A DNA stretch of 64,000 nt, taken from positions 8,410 to 72,409 of the IMG/VR virus record IMGVR_UViG_3300021478_000023; one strand, given 5' to 3'. The stretch is from a virus. The notes under the pieces are model-generated. The model saw nothing but the letters and a program-made list of their open reading frames with translations, did not search any database and was not told where the DNA came from. A program made the position numbers and the translations under genes. Of this stretch, positions 16,740-25,034 are shown one piece after another (positions within the stretch are counted from its first letter, which is position 1; every line of letters begins with the position of its first letter).

Positions 16740-17458
16740 TGACTGGACTCCCGTGCAAACGGCGGCAACCCTGCCGTCAACCCTTGCAAATCTAGCGCCA
16801 ACCCTAGCCGTCCGCCAGCGTACCCCCGTACTCCTACCCGCCAGGGGAAATTCGGACCTTCCGGGGATACCGCTTCAACCGTTTCCACAATCCCACAACC
16901 CAGGAGTTGTAACCGTAGAATTTTATGCTGTTTTTTTCGTTTTTTTAGAAAAGTATGTAGGATTTGGCGCGCCCCCGCGCTGTCCTTTTTTAAAATTGCT
17001 TAGTTGGTGCACGTCCCCCCCCTGCCCCGTGAGAGCCCCACAGAACCCCGCCCCTGGCCTATCCCCGCGTGGGCTAAGGGTTTGGGCGGGTTTAAAAAAG
17101 AACGCATCAGCGGGCTTCCTATTGGGTCGATTTAGGGGTGGCTATAAGCCCCTGATCTATATGGGGAATTAGCGCTGAGTTTATAGCTATTAGTGCAATG
17201 ATCTCAATGGGTTATACCCCTACCCTAGAGGTACAATTCCATGCTACGTGCATCACAGTCCAATACCGCTAGGTTGTACCCGTTTCGTTAGCGTTGATTG
17301 GTGAGGGTGGGTGCACCTTGCAAGCGGTGCACTCGACTGATCGACTAGGGTGGATGGTCAGGCCAGAAAATAAAACATCCACAGTAGGAGGGGCAATGCT
17401 GTAGGGATGGTCCTGCAAGCACTCGCCACACACACCAACAACAAACAGGAGTCACGCT
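16740..17458. other. Long non-coding region; candidate cos/packaging signal
   Basis: Lies between HNH and terL; homopolymer tracts and several inverted repeats. Confidence 0.45.
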
Positions 17459-18028
17459 ATGCAGCCGATGCTTTGTATGATCATTCCAGTTAGCAGCGGC
17501 GGCGAGCCCACGCATCCGTGGGTGCCGCCATCAGGTCAACCGCCCGGTTATTGGGGTGGGGTAGCTCCACCGCAGCCGACGCATCCAATTGCGCCGGGTG
17601 GTGCACCTCCGGGTTATTGGGGTGGCGTAGCGCCGCCGCGTCCAGACCAAGGCTTGCCAGGACATCAACCACATCCGTCGCATCCGATTGCGCCAGGGCG
17701 ACCTCCGGGGATTTGGGGCGGGCCGCCACTCTACCCGGATCAAGGATTGCCGGGGGCGCAGCCCATTCCGACGCCGCCGATCTATCTGCCGCCAGGAACG
17801 ATTCCGGGGACCAAGCCCGAGCATCCGATTTACATTCCGCCGAGTAGCGGAATTCCCGGCATTCCGACGCACCCGATTGTGATTCCGCCACCCGGCACGG
17901 ATGAGAAGCCGGAAGTGTTGGAGAATTGGGATGTTGTGACGGCTTGGGTGCCAGAAACCGGATGGGTTACTGTGATCGCGCCATCGGGCGAGCATCCCGG
18001 CGTGCCGACGCCATCGAGCGGCGGCTGA
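17459..18028 (+). CDS. Proline-rich repeat protein
   Basis: AGGAG RBS; PPGYWGGVAPP x2, PDQGLPG x2, P(T/S/E)HPI x4. Confidence 0.8.
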   Translation: MQPMLCMIIPVSSGGEPTHPWVPPSGQPPGYWGGVAPPQPTHPIAPGGAPPGYWGGVAPPRPDQGLPGHQPHPSHPIAPGRPPGIWGGPPLYPDQGLPGAQPIPTPPIYLPPGTIPGTKPEHPIYIPPSSGIPGIPTHPIVIPPPGTDEKPEVLENWDVVTAWVPETGWVTVIAPSGEHPGVPTPSSGG

Positions 18029-18107
18029 CTTACTAGCGGTCGGCAACGACGGCACGAACGACGCGAACATCGCGACTGATGTATGTCGCGGTTCTAAGGC
18101 GATCACG

Positions 18108-18200
18108 ATGAAATGGTGGGAACGCCTAATTGTCGTGATCGCGCTTTTCTTGTTGATGGCGATTGTTGTGACGGTCGTCATCGTGTTTCCGGTGCACTGA
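18108..18200 (+). CDS. 30-aa single-TM peptide
   Basis: Hand-translated MKWWERLIVVIALFLLMAIVVTVVIVFPVH. Confidence 0.45.
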   Translation: MKWWERLIVVIALFLLMAIVVTVVIVFPVH

Positions 18201-18203
18201 AAA

Positions 18204-18317
18204 ATGTGGCGTGCACGCATACGGCGACCAAGCAACAACCAACTCATCATCGTGTTTGTGCTTGCAGCGGTCATCGTCATGCTAGGCGTGGTGACGCTGA
18301 TATTTATTCCGATCTAA
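18204..18317 (+). CDS. 37-aa single-TM peptide
   Basis: Hand-translated MWRARIRRPSNNQLIIVFVLAAVIVMLGVVTLIFIPI. Confidence 0.45.
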   Translation: MWRARIRRPSNNQLIIVFVLAAVIVMLGVVTLIFIPI

Positions 18318-18333
18318 AAGCGGAGTTGTTGAC

Positions 18334-19941
18334 GTGGGCTTGCGTGGCATAGGCGCAAAAACCGAAAAGGCGTTAGCCGAGGAATCCGATCAACAACGCA
18401 ACTGGTCGCTTCCCTGGAACAAGGCCGGTTTGACCAAAGCGCAAGCGGTGATCGAATTCTGCGAGACGCTTTCGGTAACAAGCGGACCTGACTCGCACAA
18501 AAAACTGAAACTGCGAAAGTGGCAAAAGGAATTCATCGAAAAGGTCTACACGACCGACAAGCACGGCAAGCGCTCGGTTCGCACGGCGATCCTAAGCATG
18601 GGCCGCAAAAATGGAAAAACTCAAATCGCCGCAGCGCTCGCACTGGCGCATCTAAGCGGACCAGTGTCGGAATTTCGTGGCGAGGTTTATTCCTGTGCGA
18701 ATGATCGATTTCAAGCTGGCAAGATTTTTGCGGAAATGGTTGCGCTGATCGACATGCACCCTTGGCTGAGTGCGCGCACCAACATCATTCGGTTTCGAAA
18801 AGAAATTCAGGATCTAGGAAACGGCTCGACCTACGCTGCACTGACCAGCGAAGCAAAAACCAAGATGGGGCTCAATCCCACGTTTGTCGTGTATGACGAA
18901 CTCGGACAAGCTACGGGGCGCACGTTATACGATGCTATGGACAGTGCGATGGGGGCGCGCAAGGAACCGTTGTTGTTGGTCATCAGCACACAAGCGGCGG
19001 ACGATTTTGCACCGATGTCGCAACTGATCGACTACGGTGAAAAGATCAACCACAAGCAAGTTTCAGATCCGGCGTTTCATCTAACGCTGTACGCTGCGCC
19101 TGCGGATGCAAACCCGTGGGTGCGCGACACCTGGGCGAAAGCCAATCCTGCGCTCGCGGATTTTCGTTCGCTTGATGACGTGCGACGGTTGGCGAAACAA
19201 GCGCAGCGCATGCCAGCGCAAGAAAACGCTTTCAGGAATTTGATTCTCAACCAACGCGTAGCGGCAGAGGCGCGGTTTGTGGATCAACGGCAATGGAACG
19301 AGTGCTCGGCGGCCGCGGACATTCCGCAAGGTGCGCGCGTCTACGCCGGGCTAGATCTTGGTTCAACGAAAGACTTGACCGCGCTTGTGATCGTGTGGGG
19401 CGATACCAAAGGCGCCTATCACGTAAAGCCCTTTTGCTGGTTGCCGGGAAATCCAAAAGAGCGCGGCGACACTGACCGCGCGCCATACGATGCGTGGGTG
19501 CGCAGCGGCGATTTGATCTCGGCTGGCGAAACTACAGATCCGAAAATGATCGCGTACCGGATCGCGGAAATAAACGGCATCAACAAAATCGAAATGCTGG
19601 CGTTTGATCGCTGGCGCATGGCAGAGGTACAGCGCGAGCTAGACGCAATCGGTTGCCGCGTTTTGCTTGAACCGATGGGGCAAGGCTACAAGGATATGAG
19701 CGCAGCCGTTGATGTTGTTGAACGGCTTGTTGCACAACGAAACCTACGGCACGGCGGCCATCCTGTGCTGGCATGGTGCGCAGCGAATGCCGTTGTCACG
19801 CGTGACGCGGCGGGCAACAGGAAATTCGACAAGGGCCGCAGCAACGGACGCATCGACGCAATCGTTGCGCTTGCGATGGCGCTCAACATGGCGGTTCACA
19901 AGCGCGCCAAGGAAATCGATATCGACGCGATGATTGCGTGA
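18334..19941 (+). CDS. terL: Terminase large subunit (HK97/Terminase_1 type)
   Basis: Walker A MGRKNGKT, Walker B VVYDE, ISTQ, nuclease GLDL and RIDAIVALAMA. Confidence 0.96.
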   Translation: MGLRGIGAKTEKALAEESDQQRNWSLPWNKAGLTKAQAVIEFCETLSVTSGPDSHKKLKLRKWQKEFIEKVYTTDKHGKRSVRTAILSMGRKNGKTQIAAALALAHLSGPVSEFRGEVYSCANDRFQAGKIFAEMVALIDMHPWLSARTNIIRFRKEIQDLGNGSTYAALTSEAKTKMGLNPTFVVYDELGQATGRTLYDAMDSAMGARKEPLLLVISTQAADDFAPMSQLIDYGEKINHKQVSDPAFHLTLYAAPADANPWVRDTWAKANPALADFRSLDDVRRLAKQAQRMPAQENAFRNLILNQRVAAEARFVDQRQWNECSAAADIPQGARVYAGLDLGSTKDLTALVIVWGDTKGAYHVKPFCWLPGNPKERGDTDRAPYDAWVRSGDLISAGETTDPKMIAYRIAEINGINKIEMLAFDRWRMAEVQRELDAIGCRVLLEPMGQGYKDMSAAVDVVERLVAQRNLRHGGHPVLAWCAANAVVTRDAAGNRKFDKGRSNGRIDAIVALAMALNMAVHKRAKEIDIDAMIA

Positions 19942-19947
19942 ACAACC

Positions 19948-20037
19948 ATGACGATGTTCGGCTTGGCGTGTGTGGTGATTGTATGCGGGGCAATCTTCGC
20001 ACCAATGATCGTCTACCTTGGGCGGTTGGATGACTAG
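19948..20037 (+). CDS. 29-aa single-TM peptide
   Basis: Hand-translated MTMFGLACVVIVCGAIFAPMIVYLGRLDD. Confidence 0.35.
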   Translation: MTMFGLACVVIVCGAIFAPMIVYLGRLDD

Positions 20038-20170
20038 GCGGCGCGCGCCACTTAGCGCATGGGTGTTTCGTGTTGTGATAGGCGCCGCGCTTGTTCTAGC
20101 TTTCGCTGGTTGGCTCTACGCCGGATATATCGGCTGCGGTACGTTTCCGCTTCACACAGGATGCTGAAAA

Positions 20171-20557
20171 ATGGCCGTCCATCCAACAGGCTCGCAATCC
20201 GAAAACGATCAGGCCGCAATGGGCCACACCGTTATCAACAAAACGCCGGACGGATCACCGCTCGATCCCAACACGCCGCCGTGGGCGCAGCCCGCGCCAA
20301 CCAACACAACGCCGCCAGCTATCACCGGCACGGCAGCGGTTGGGAATGTGTTGACCTGTAACAAAGGTGTTTGGTCGTTCGCGGCGAGCTACGCCTACCA
20401 GTGGAAACGTGGCGGCACCAACATTGCTGGCGCTACGTCCGCCACCTACACGGTCGTCACCGCCGACAAGACGTTCGCATTGACGTGCACTGTGACCGCG
20501 ACCAACACCAAAGGGTCAACGCCAGTAACAAGCGCTGCAACCGTAGCGGTGCCGTAA
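20171..20557 (+). CDS. Ig-like domain virion protein
   Basis: PAITGTAAVGNVLTC..G.W..YAYQWKRGGTNIAGATSATYTV..D...LTCTVTATN. Confidence 0.8.
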   Translation: MAVHPTGSQSENDQAAMGHTVINKTPDGSPLDPNTPPWAQPAPTNTTPPAITGTAAVGNVLTCNKGVWSFAASYAYQWKRGGTNIAGATSATYTVVTADKTFALTCTVTATNTKGSTPVTSAATVAVP

Positions 20558-20594
20558 ATCTCCAACTCCAACTACAAGCCGAGAGGATCAAGCC

Positions 20595-20945
20595 ATGCCG
20601 TTCTCTTACGTTGAGCCAACAATCGCAGCCGGTGAGTCGTTGTCCGATGGCGTTGATGTATCTGGTGGCACGGTCATTCGCATCACGACGCCTGGACCCG
20701 AGGAATGGGTTAAGGCCAACATGACGTTTCAGGTTTCAAGCGATGGCGTCTACTACAGCGACGCATTCAACGACAAGGGCGAGGAAATCATGGTGCCCGG
20801 CATTCCGCATTGGTGCACCGTTTTTGTTTCTGGACTGCACCTTGACCACATAGGCCATGTGAAAGTCAGATCCGGCACACGCGCCAATCCGGTCGTTCAA
20901 CCAAAAGAATGCAAGATGGCGATCACGCTGCACACTGACGCGTGA
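20595..20945 (+). CDS. Putative beta-rich virion protein
   Basis: TIAAGESLSDGVD...W..ANMTFQVSSDG; GAGG RBS. Confidence 0.7.
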   Translation: MPFSYVEPTIAAGESLSDGVDVSGGTVIRITTPGPEEWVKANMTFQVSSDGVYYSDAFNDKGEEIMVPGIPHWCTVFVSGLHLDHIGHVKVRSGTRANPVVQPKECKMAITLHTDA

Positions 20946-20962
20946 GAGCAAACGCGTGACAC

Positions 20963-22540
20963 ATGGTTGCACCGCTTCGCACCGCGCTCGGCAACAGCCC
21001 GGCAGTAACACTTGCTGCGGCACCAACTGTTGAGATTGCGCCGGGCGACGATGGCCCTACGGTCTGCGAGGAAAATCCTGGCAAGTATGAGGTTGGCACC
21101 GGCAGCAATGCGGTCAACTCCAACCGCGTGATCATCACCGGCTCTGGTGAGATCGATAGTTTCGGCGTTGCGTTTGAAGGACAATGCGGTGAACTCGGCG
21201 AACCGCCGACGATCACCAAACATATCGACTACCAACCTGATCCCGGTCAAACGATCACGGTGCACCATAATCCGCCAGCAATCACGTTGCTCGGCGGGGT
21301 TGATCGCGTCATCGCGACTAGATCGTTTGGCACGGTTTCGTCAGATCCCGATGGCAACTGGACAGAGGAAAGTTTTTCGCGCTCTGACGTGACGCCGGAC
21401 CTAACGCACAGCGGCGGATTGCTATCGATCAACAGCTACACCGCATCAGGACCAATCACGATTCCGCCGTTGGCCACGCGTGCGTGGGTGCGGATGTGGG
21501 GTGCAACAGGCTCTAGCAGTCCAGCAAGCGCAACCGATCCGGTTACATGCTCGGCGGGTGTTGGCAGCGCAGGCTATCTTGAAAAATTCCTGACCGGGCT
21601 GACACCGGGCAATACGTTGACGTTCACGTTTGGCGTTGGCGGCGCAGCGCCAACCTATCCTAATCCCGGCGTCAAAGGCGGCGACACGATACTCGCGAGC
21701 GGAACGCAACCCATCACCACGCTCACGGCGCACGGGTCAAATGGCACGTCATACGGTGCGGGTGCGGGTAGCTTTGGCGGCAGCGCAACGGGCGGCGATA
21801 TCAACAAGACCGGCCAAACTGGCGGCGCAGGCGGCATGGCTCCCGGTGTAGGCGGCGCTTATGGATTGTCACGCGGGCCGGACGGTTCATCAAACACAAC
21901 AACAGGAAATCTCGGCACTCCTGGCGGATTGGTCATAGCGTGGTACAACGACGCGCTTCCGCCGCCAGTCGCGACGCCACCCGCAACGCAAAGCTGGTTC
22001 GCACTCATTCCAACACAAGCGCCGATTTCTGGCGGCGGCGGATGGGCAAACTATCAGCTACGCTCGCGCGTCAAATCAGCGCTGTATCTCGCTGGCGCAC
22101 CGGCAACCGGCACGAAGATCCGAGTCACGCTCACTGGCGGCGGCACAACAACAAACAGCATCACCAAAGCGTATATCGGTCATTCGAGATCGCCGTCGCC
22201 GAGTTTGGACTTTGATGGGAATCAGGTTCAATTGAAATTCTCTGGCAATGCCAACGCAAACCTTCCGGCTGGTCCGCTTGTTTCTGATATTTCCGATTTC
22301 TTTTTCGACAAGACGCAAGACTTGATCCTTTCGTTTGGGAACGGTAGCGGCACAATGGTTGCCAACGCGAGCGCCGCAGCCGCATTCAACAGCGGCTATG
22401 CTCAAGGGACTGGTTCAAGTGCTGGCAACGATACGGCGGGCTTTAATGTGGCCTACAACAACTACGTTTTCATGATTGTTCTCATCGAGATTTTTGGTCC
22501 GAACGCACGCGCACTGAAAATAGTCGCCGGACAAGAATAA
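20963..22540 (+). CDS. Glycine-rich fibre/adhesin-like protein
   Basis: Gly-rich fibre domain (LTPGNTLTFTFGVGG; GGSATGGDIN). Confidence 0.7.
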   Translation: MVAPLRTALGNSPAVTLAAAPTVEIAPGDDGPTVCEENPGKYEVGTGSNAVNSNRVIITGSGEIDSFGVAFEGQCGELGEPPTITKHIDYQPDPGQTITVHHNPPAITLLGGVDRVIATRSFGTVSSDPDGNWTEESFSRSDVTPDLTHSGGLLSINSYTASGPITIPPLATRAWVRMWGATGSSSPASATDPVTCSAGVGSAGYLEKFLTGLTPGNTLTFTFGVGGAAPTYPNPGVKGGDTILASGTQPITTLTAHGSNGTSYGAGAGSFGGSATGGDINKTGQTGGAGGMAPGVGGAYGLSRGPDGSSNTTTGNLGTPGGLVIAWYNDALPPPVATPPATQSWFALIPTQAPISGGGGWANYQLRSRVKSALYLAGAPATGTKIRVTLTGGGTTTNSITKAYIGHSRSPSPSLDFDGNQVQLKFSGNANANLPAGPLVSDISDFFFDKTQDLILSFGNGSGTMVANASAAAAFNSGYAQGTGSSAGNDTAGFNVAYNNYVFMIVLIEIFGPNARALKIVAGQE

Positions 22541-22570
22541 ACATTCGTGGCTGCGCAATGGGGGTGACTC

Positions 22571-22780
22571 ATGGCGCTCAACAAGAGATCGATAGAACTG
22601 CACGGGCAGCAAACAAGTCTAACCGTCGAAGATGAGTTTTGGTCCGCCCTACGGCAGATCGCAGCCGAGCAAAGCATCGGCCTCTATTCGCTGATCGCCA
22701 GAATTGAGCAACACCATCCGCAAGAAAATCTATCGTCAGCGGTGCGCGTGTTCGTGTTGAAGCACTATCAGCAAGGTTAG
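22571..22780 (+). CDS. Ribbon-helix-helix (RHH_4) protein
   Basis: KRSIELHGQQTSLTVEDEFWSALRQIA...NLSSAVRVFVL. Confidence 0.9.
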   Translation: MALNKRSIELHGQQTSLTVEDEFWSALRQIAAEQSIGLYSLIARIEQHHPQENLSSAVRVFVLKHYQQG

Positions 22781-22785
22781 GCGCT

Positions 22786-23736
22786 ATGGACTGGCAGAAC
22801 ATTCGAGCGCTGGCCGAACACTTGTTGACGCCGCAGCAACGATGGGCGGTGATCAAAGCGCGCGCGCAACGCAATATCGAGAAAGGCCATTTCATCCAAG
22901 ATCCGGTCACTGGTTTGCTGGAAGGAAGCGAACCGGGTGGCGGCACTGGCGAGGGTGGCGGCGGCAAGCCGGACGGTGACAAAAAGCCGAGCGGTGAAGG
23001 CAAGGGCAAGCATCCCGGCAAAGGCTACTCGAAAGAGGCGTACATCGATCAACATGGCGTCATTCAAACAAACAACGTCTATGATGCGCAGCGCGCGTTG
23101 TACGAGGACAAAAAGGTTGAGCTAACACAACCAAAAAAAGTCTCGACACTGATCAAGCTACTCGGCAAGAGCGCGGCGGCGATGGAAGCAAAGGGCAAAG
23201 TCGCGCCCGTGTTCAATCTCTGCAACGTGAGCATCAGCGGCACCAACCTGTTTTGCGCGGAATCGAAAGGCATCCCGCGCGTGAAAATGCCGGTGATCCC
23301 GGCCAAGCAAACACAGAAGTTTGTCGATTACCTAAAGGACCAGGGCTACGGGGTAAAGAAAGGCAAGGAATACGCCGCGCATCTGCGCGCGACGCAAGAT
23401 GAGATCAGCGGTGTGAAGGTTGCCGCTGCGATGAAGCGGATCAAGGACAATGGTGGCAAGGTCTACAAGCGCATCATCGTATCGAAAGACAATTACATTC
23501 TCGACGGTCATCATACCTGGGCTGGCGCGCTCGGCATCGATGCCAAGAACAACAATCTGCATGACGACAAAAGCGTGAAGGTGTTTCGCGTCAACATTTC
23601 GATCACCAAGCTAATCGCGGAAGCGGAAAAGTGGACTGGCGGCAAGGGTAAGAAACCGGCGAGCGAAGCCGCCGACTACATCCCGGTCAGCAAAGCGTGG
23701 GATGACGACCCGCTAGTGTTGGACATGGCCGACTGA
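22786..23736 (+). CDS. ParB/Srx-like domain protein with N-terminal FIQDPxTG tag
   Basis: LRATQDEI...IIVSKDNYILDGHHTW. Confidence 0.8.
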   Translation: MDWQNIRALAEHLLTPQQRWAVIKARAQRNIEKGHFIQDPVTGLLEGSEPGGGTGEGGGGKPDGDKKPSGEGKGKHPGKGYSKEAYIDQHGVIQTNNVYDAQRALYEDKKVELTQPKKVSTLIKLLGKSAAAMEAKGKVAPVFNLCNVSISGTNLFCAESKGIPRVKMPVIPAKQTQKFVDYLKDQGYGVKKGKEYAAHLRATQDEISGVKVAAAMKRIKDNGGKVYKRIIVSKDNYILDGHHTWAGALGIDAKNNNLHDDKSVKVFRVNISITKLIAEAEKWTGGKGKKPASEAADYIPVSKAWDDDPLVLDMAD

Positions 23737-25034
23737 TGCTGACCCAAACCGAACAAGATTTAGTGCGGCGATGGGTGAAACTGCGAACCAAGTTTGATGA
23801 GTCAGAACACCCGCGCGACGAACACGGGCGCTGGACTGATAGCGGCGGCGGTGATGGCGGCGGCGGCAGTACCGCACCAAGCGGCGGCGGCCCGCTGGTT
23901 CTGAGCGAACAGCCCAACCAAGAAAAGATCGAGGTTTGGGAAAAGCAAATTGCTGATCGCCAAAAGGAATTGGAAAAGGAAGGCAAGGCCGGGGACACTG
24001 AGGACGAACAACTAAACCGAATGCAGATTGCTATCAATTCGTACAAGCAAGAGGACAAGGAAACTATCGCCAGTGGAAAGTCGGGGTTCACGGCAATCTA
24101 TCGGCTACCAGAGGATGAAGGCGATCATCGACTAGAAGCCGCAGCGTTCACCTACATCGACAAAAACAACGTCGGCATCATCAAGGATTTTGGTGCCATA
24201 GATCCCGTGGCGCACGCCAAGGCAATCGAGAACATCACCAACCAATTTGGCGATAAGGTCACGCACCTAGAGATCAAACAGTGGAACAACGACAAGGAAA
24301 TTATTGATCCGTTTCTAAAGGCCGGGTTCACGCAACGCGGCGAGCAATACGGCGGCATGGTCACGCTGGTCAAAGCGATGCCGGGCGGAATACGGCTCGG
24401 CGCGGAGCACGCACAGAAAATTCTAGGCGCATCGCAAGCGTCGGCCAAGTTGCTTGGTTACGATCCGCAGATGGTTGAGGCCAGCAACGAGGATCACGAA
24501 TTTCATGTTGGAAAGGAAACCAAGTCACGCTATGCGGCTGGCCTAGCGTTTTTGAACACGGGAAAGATCATGGTGTTTCCGCGCCAGATCCCAGACGCTA
24601 GTGTTGCGGTCAGCGTCATTGCGCATGAAGTGATGCACCAAAAATATCAGACCGTGCTCAACGCCGTCGAAGCCGAACGCAAGGAAATGATGAAAGATCC
24701 CGACACGCTACGGGCCATGCGTCCTGACGGTTCGTTGTCGGCACCGCTCGATGCCAAGTATCCGCTCTACTCGCGGTTCGTGAAGCACGACAACCAACAA
24801 GTCGAGCGCGCCAAGAGCGACGGCATCACGGAATACAGCCGAGCGTATTGGACACAGGCTGCGCCGGGTGTGAGTGACCGAACCGTATCGATTCCTGCGG
24901 CCAATCACGAAACGCTGGCCGAAATGGCGCGGGTGCTAACTGACACCGGAACGCTGCAAGGTGCGCCCGAGTGGAAAAGCTACTACCGCGACGTTGATAA
25001 GACCTACAAGGAATTGAAGGCATCTAAGAAATGA
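23736..25034 (+). CDS. Multidomain protein: HPRD tag, possible GNAT-like domain, zincin metallopeptidase
   Basis: FDESEHPRDEHGRWT; IAHEVMH (HExxH) with downstream ITEYS...HETLAE; FLKAGF. Confidence 0.75.
   Translation: MLTQTEQDLVRRWVKLRTKFDESEHPRDEHGRWTDSGGGDGGGGSTAPSGGGPLVLSEQPNQEKIEVWEKQIADRQKELEKEGKAGDTEDEQLNRMQIAINSYKQEDKETIASGKSGFTAIYRLPEDEGDHRLEAAAFTYIDKNNVGIIKDFGAIDPVAHAKAIENITNQFGDKVTHLEIKQWNNDKEIIDPFLKAGFTQRGEQYGGMVTLVKAMPGGIRLGAEHAQKILGASQASAKLLGYDPQMVEASNEDHEFHVGKETKSRYAAGLAFLNTGKIMVFPRQIPDASVAVSVIAHEVMHQKYQTVLNAVEAERKEMMKDPDTLRAMRPDGSLSAPLDAKYPLYSRFVKHDNQQVERAKSDGITEYSRAYWTQAAPGVSDRTVSIPAANHETLAEMARVLTDTGTLQGAPEWKSYYRDVDKTYKELKASKK

Noticed and set aside
16740-17458. tRNA genes in the long non-coding region
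   Set aside because: No cloverleaf or T-loop GTTCRA with matching stems recognised
22786-23736. Plasmid-prophage partition system
   Set aside because: The ParB-like domain lacks an evident HTH, no ParA was found, and the gene sits in the head module
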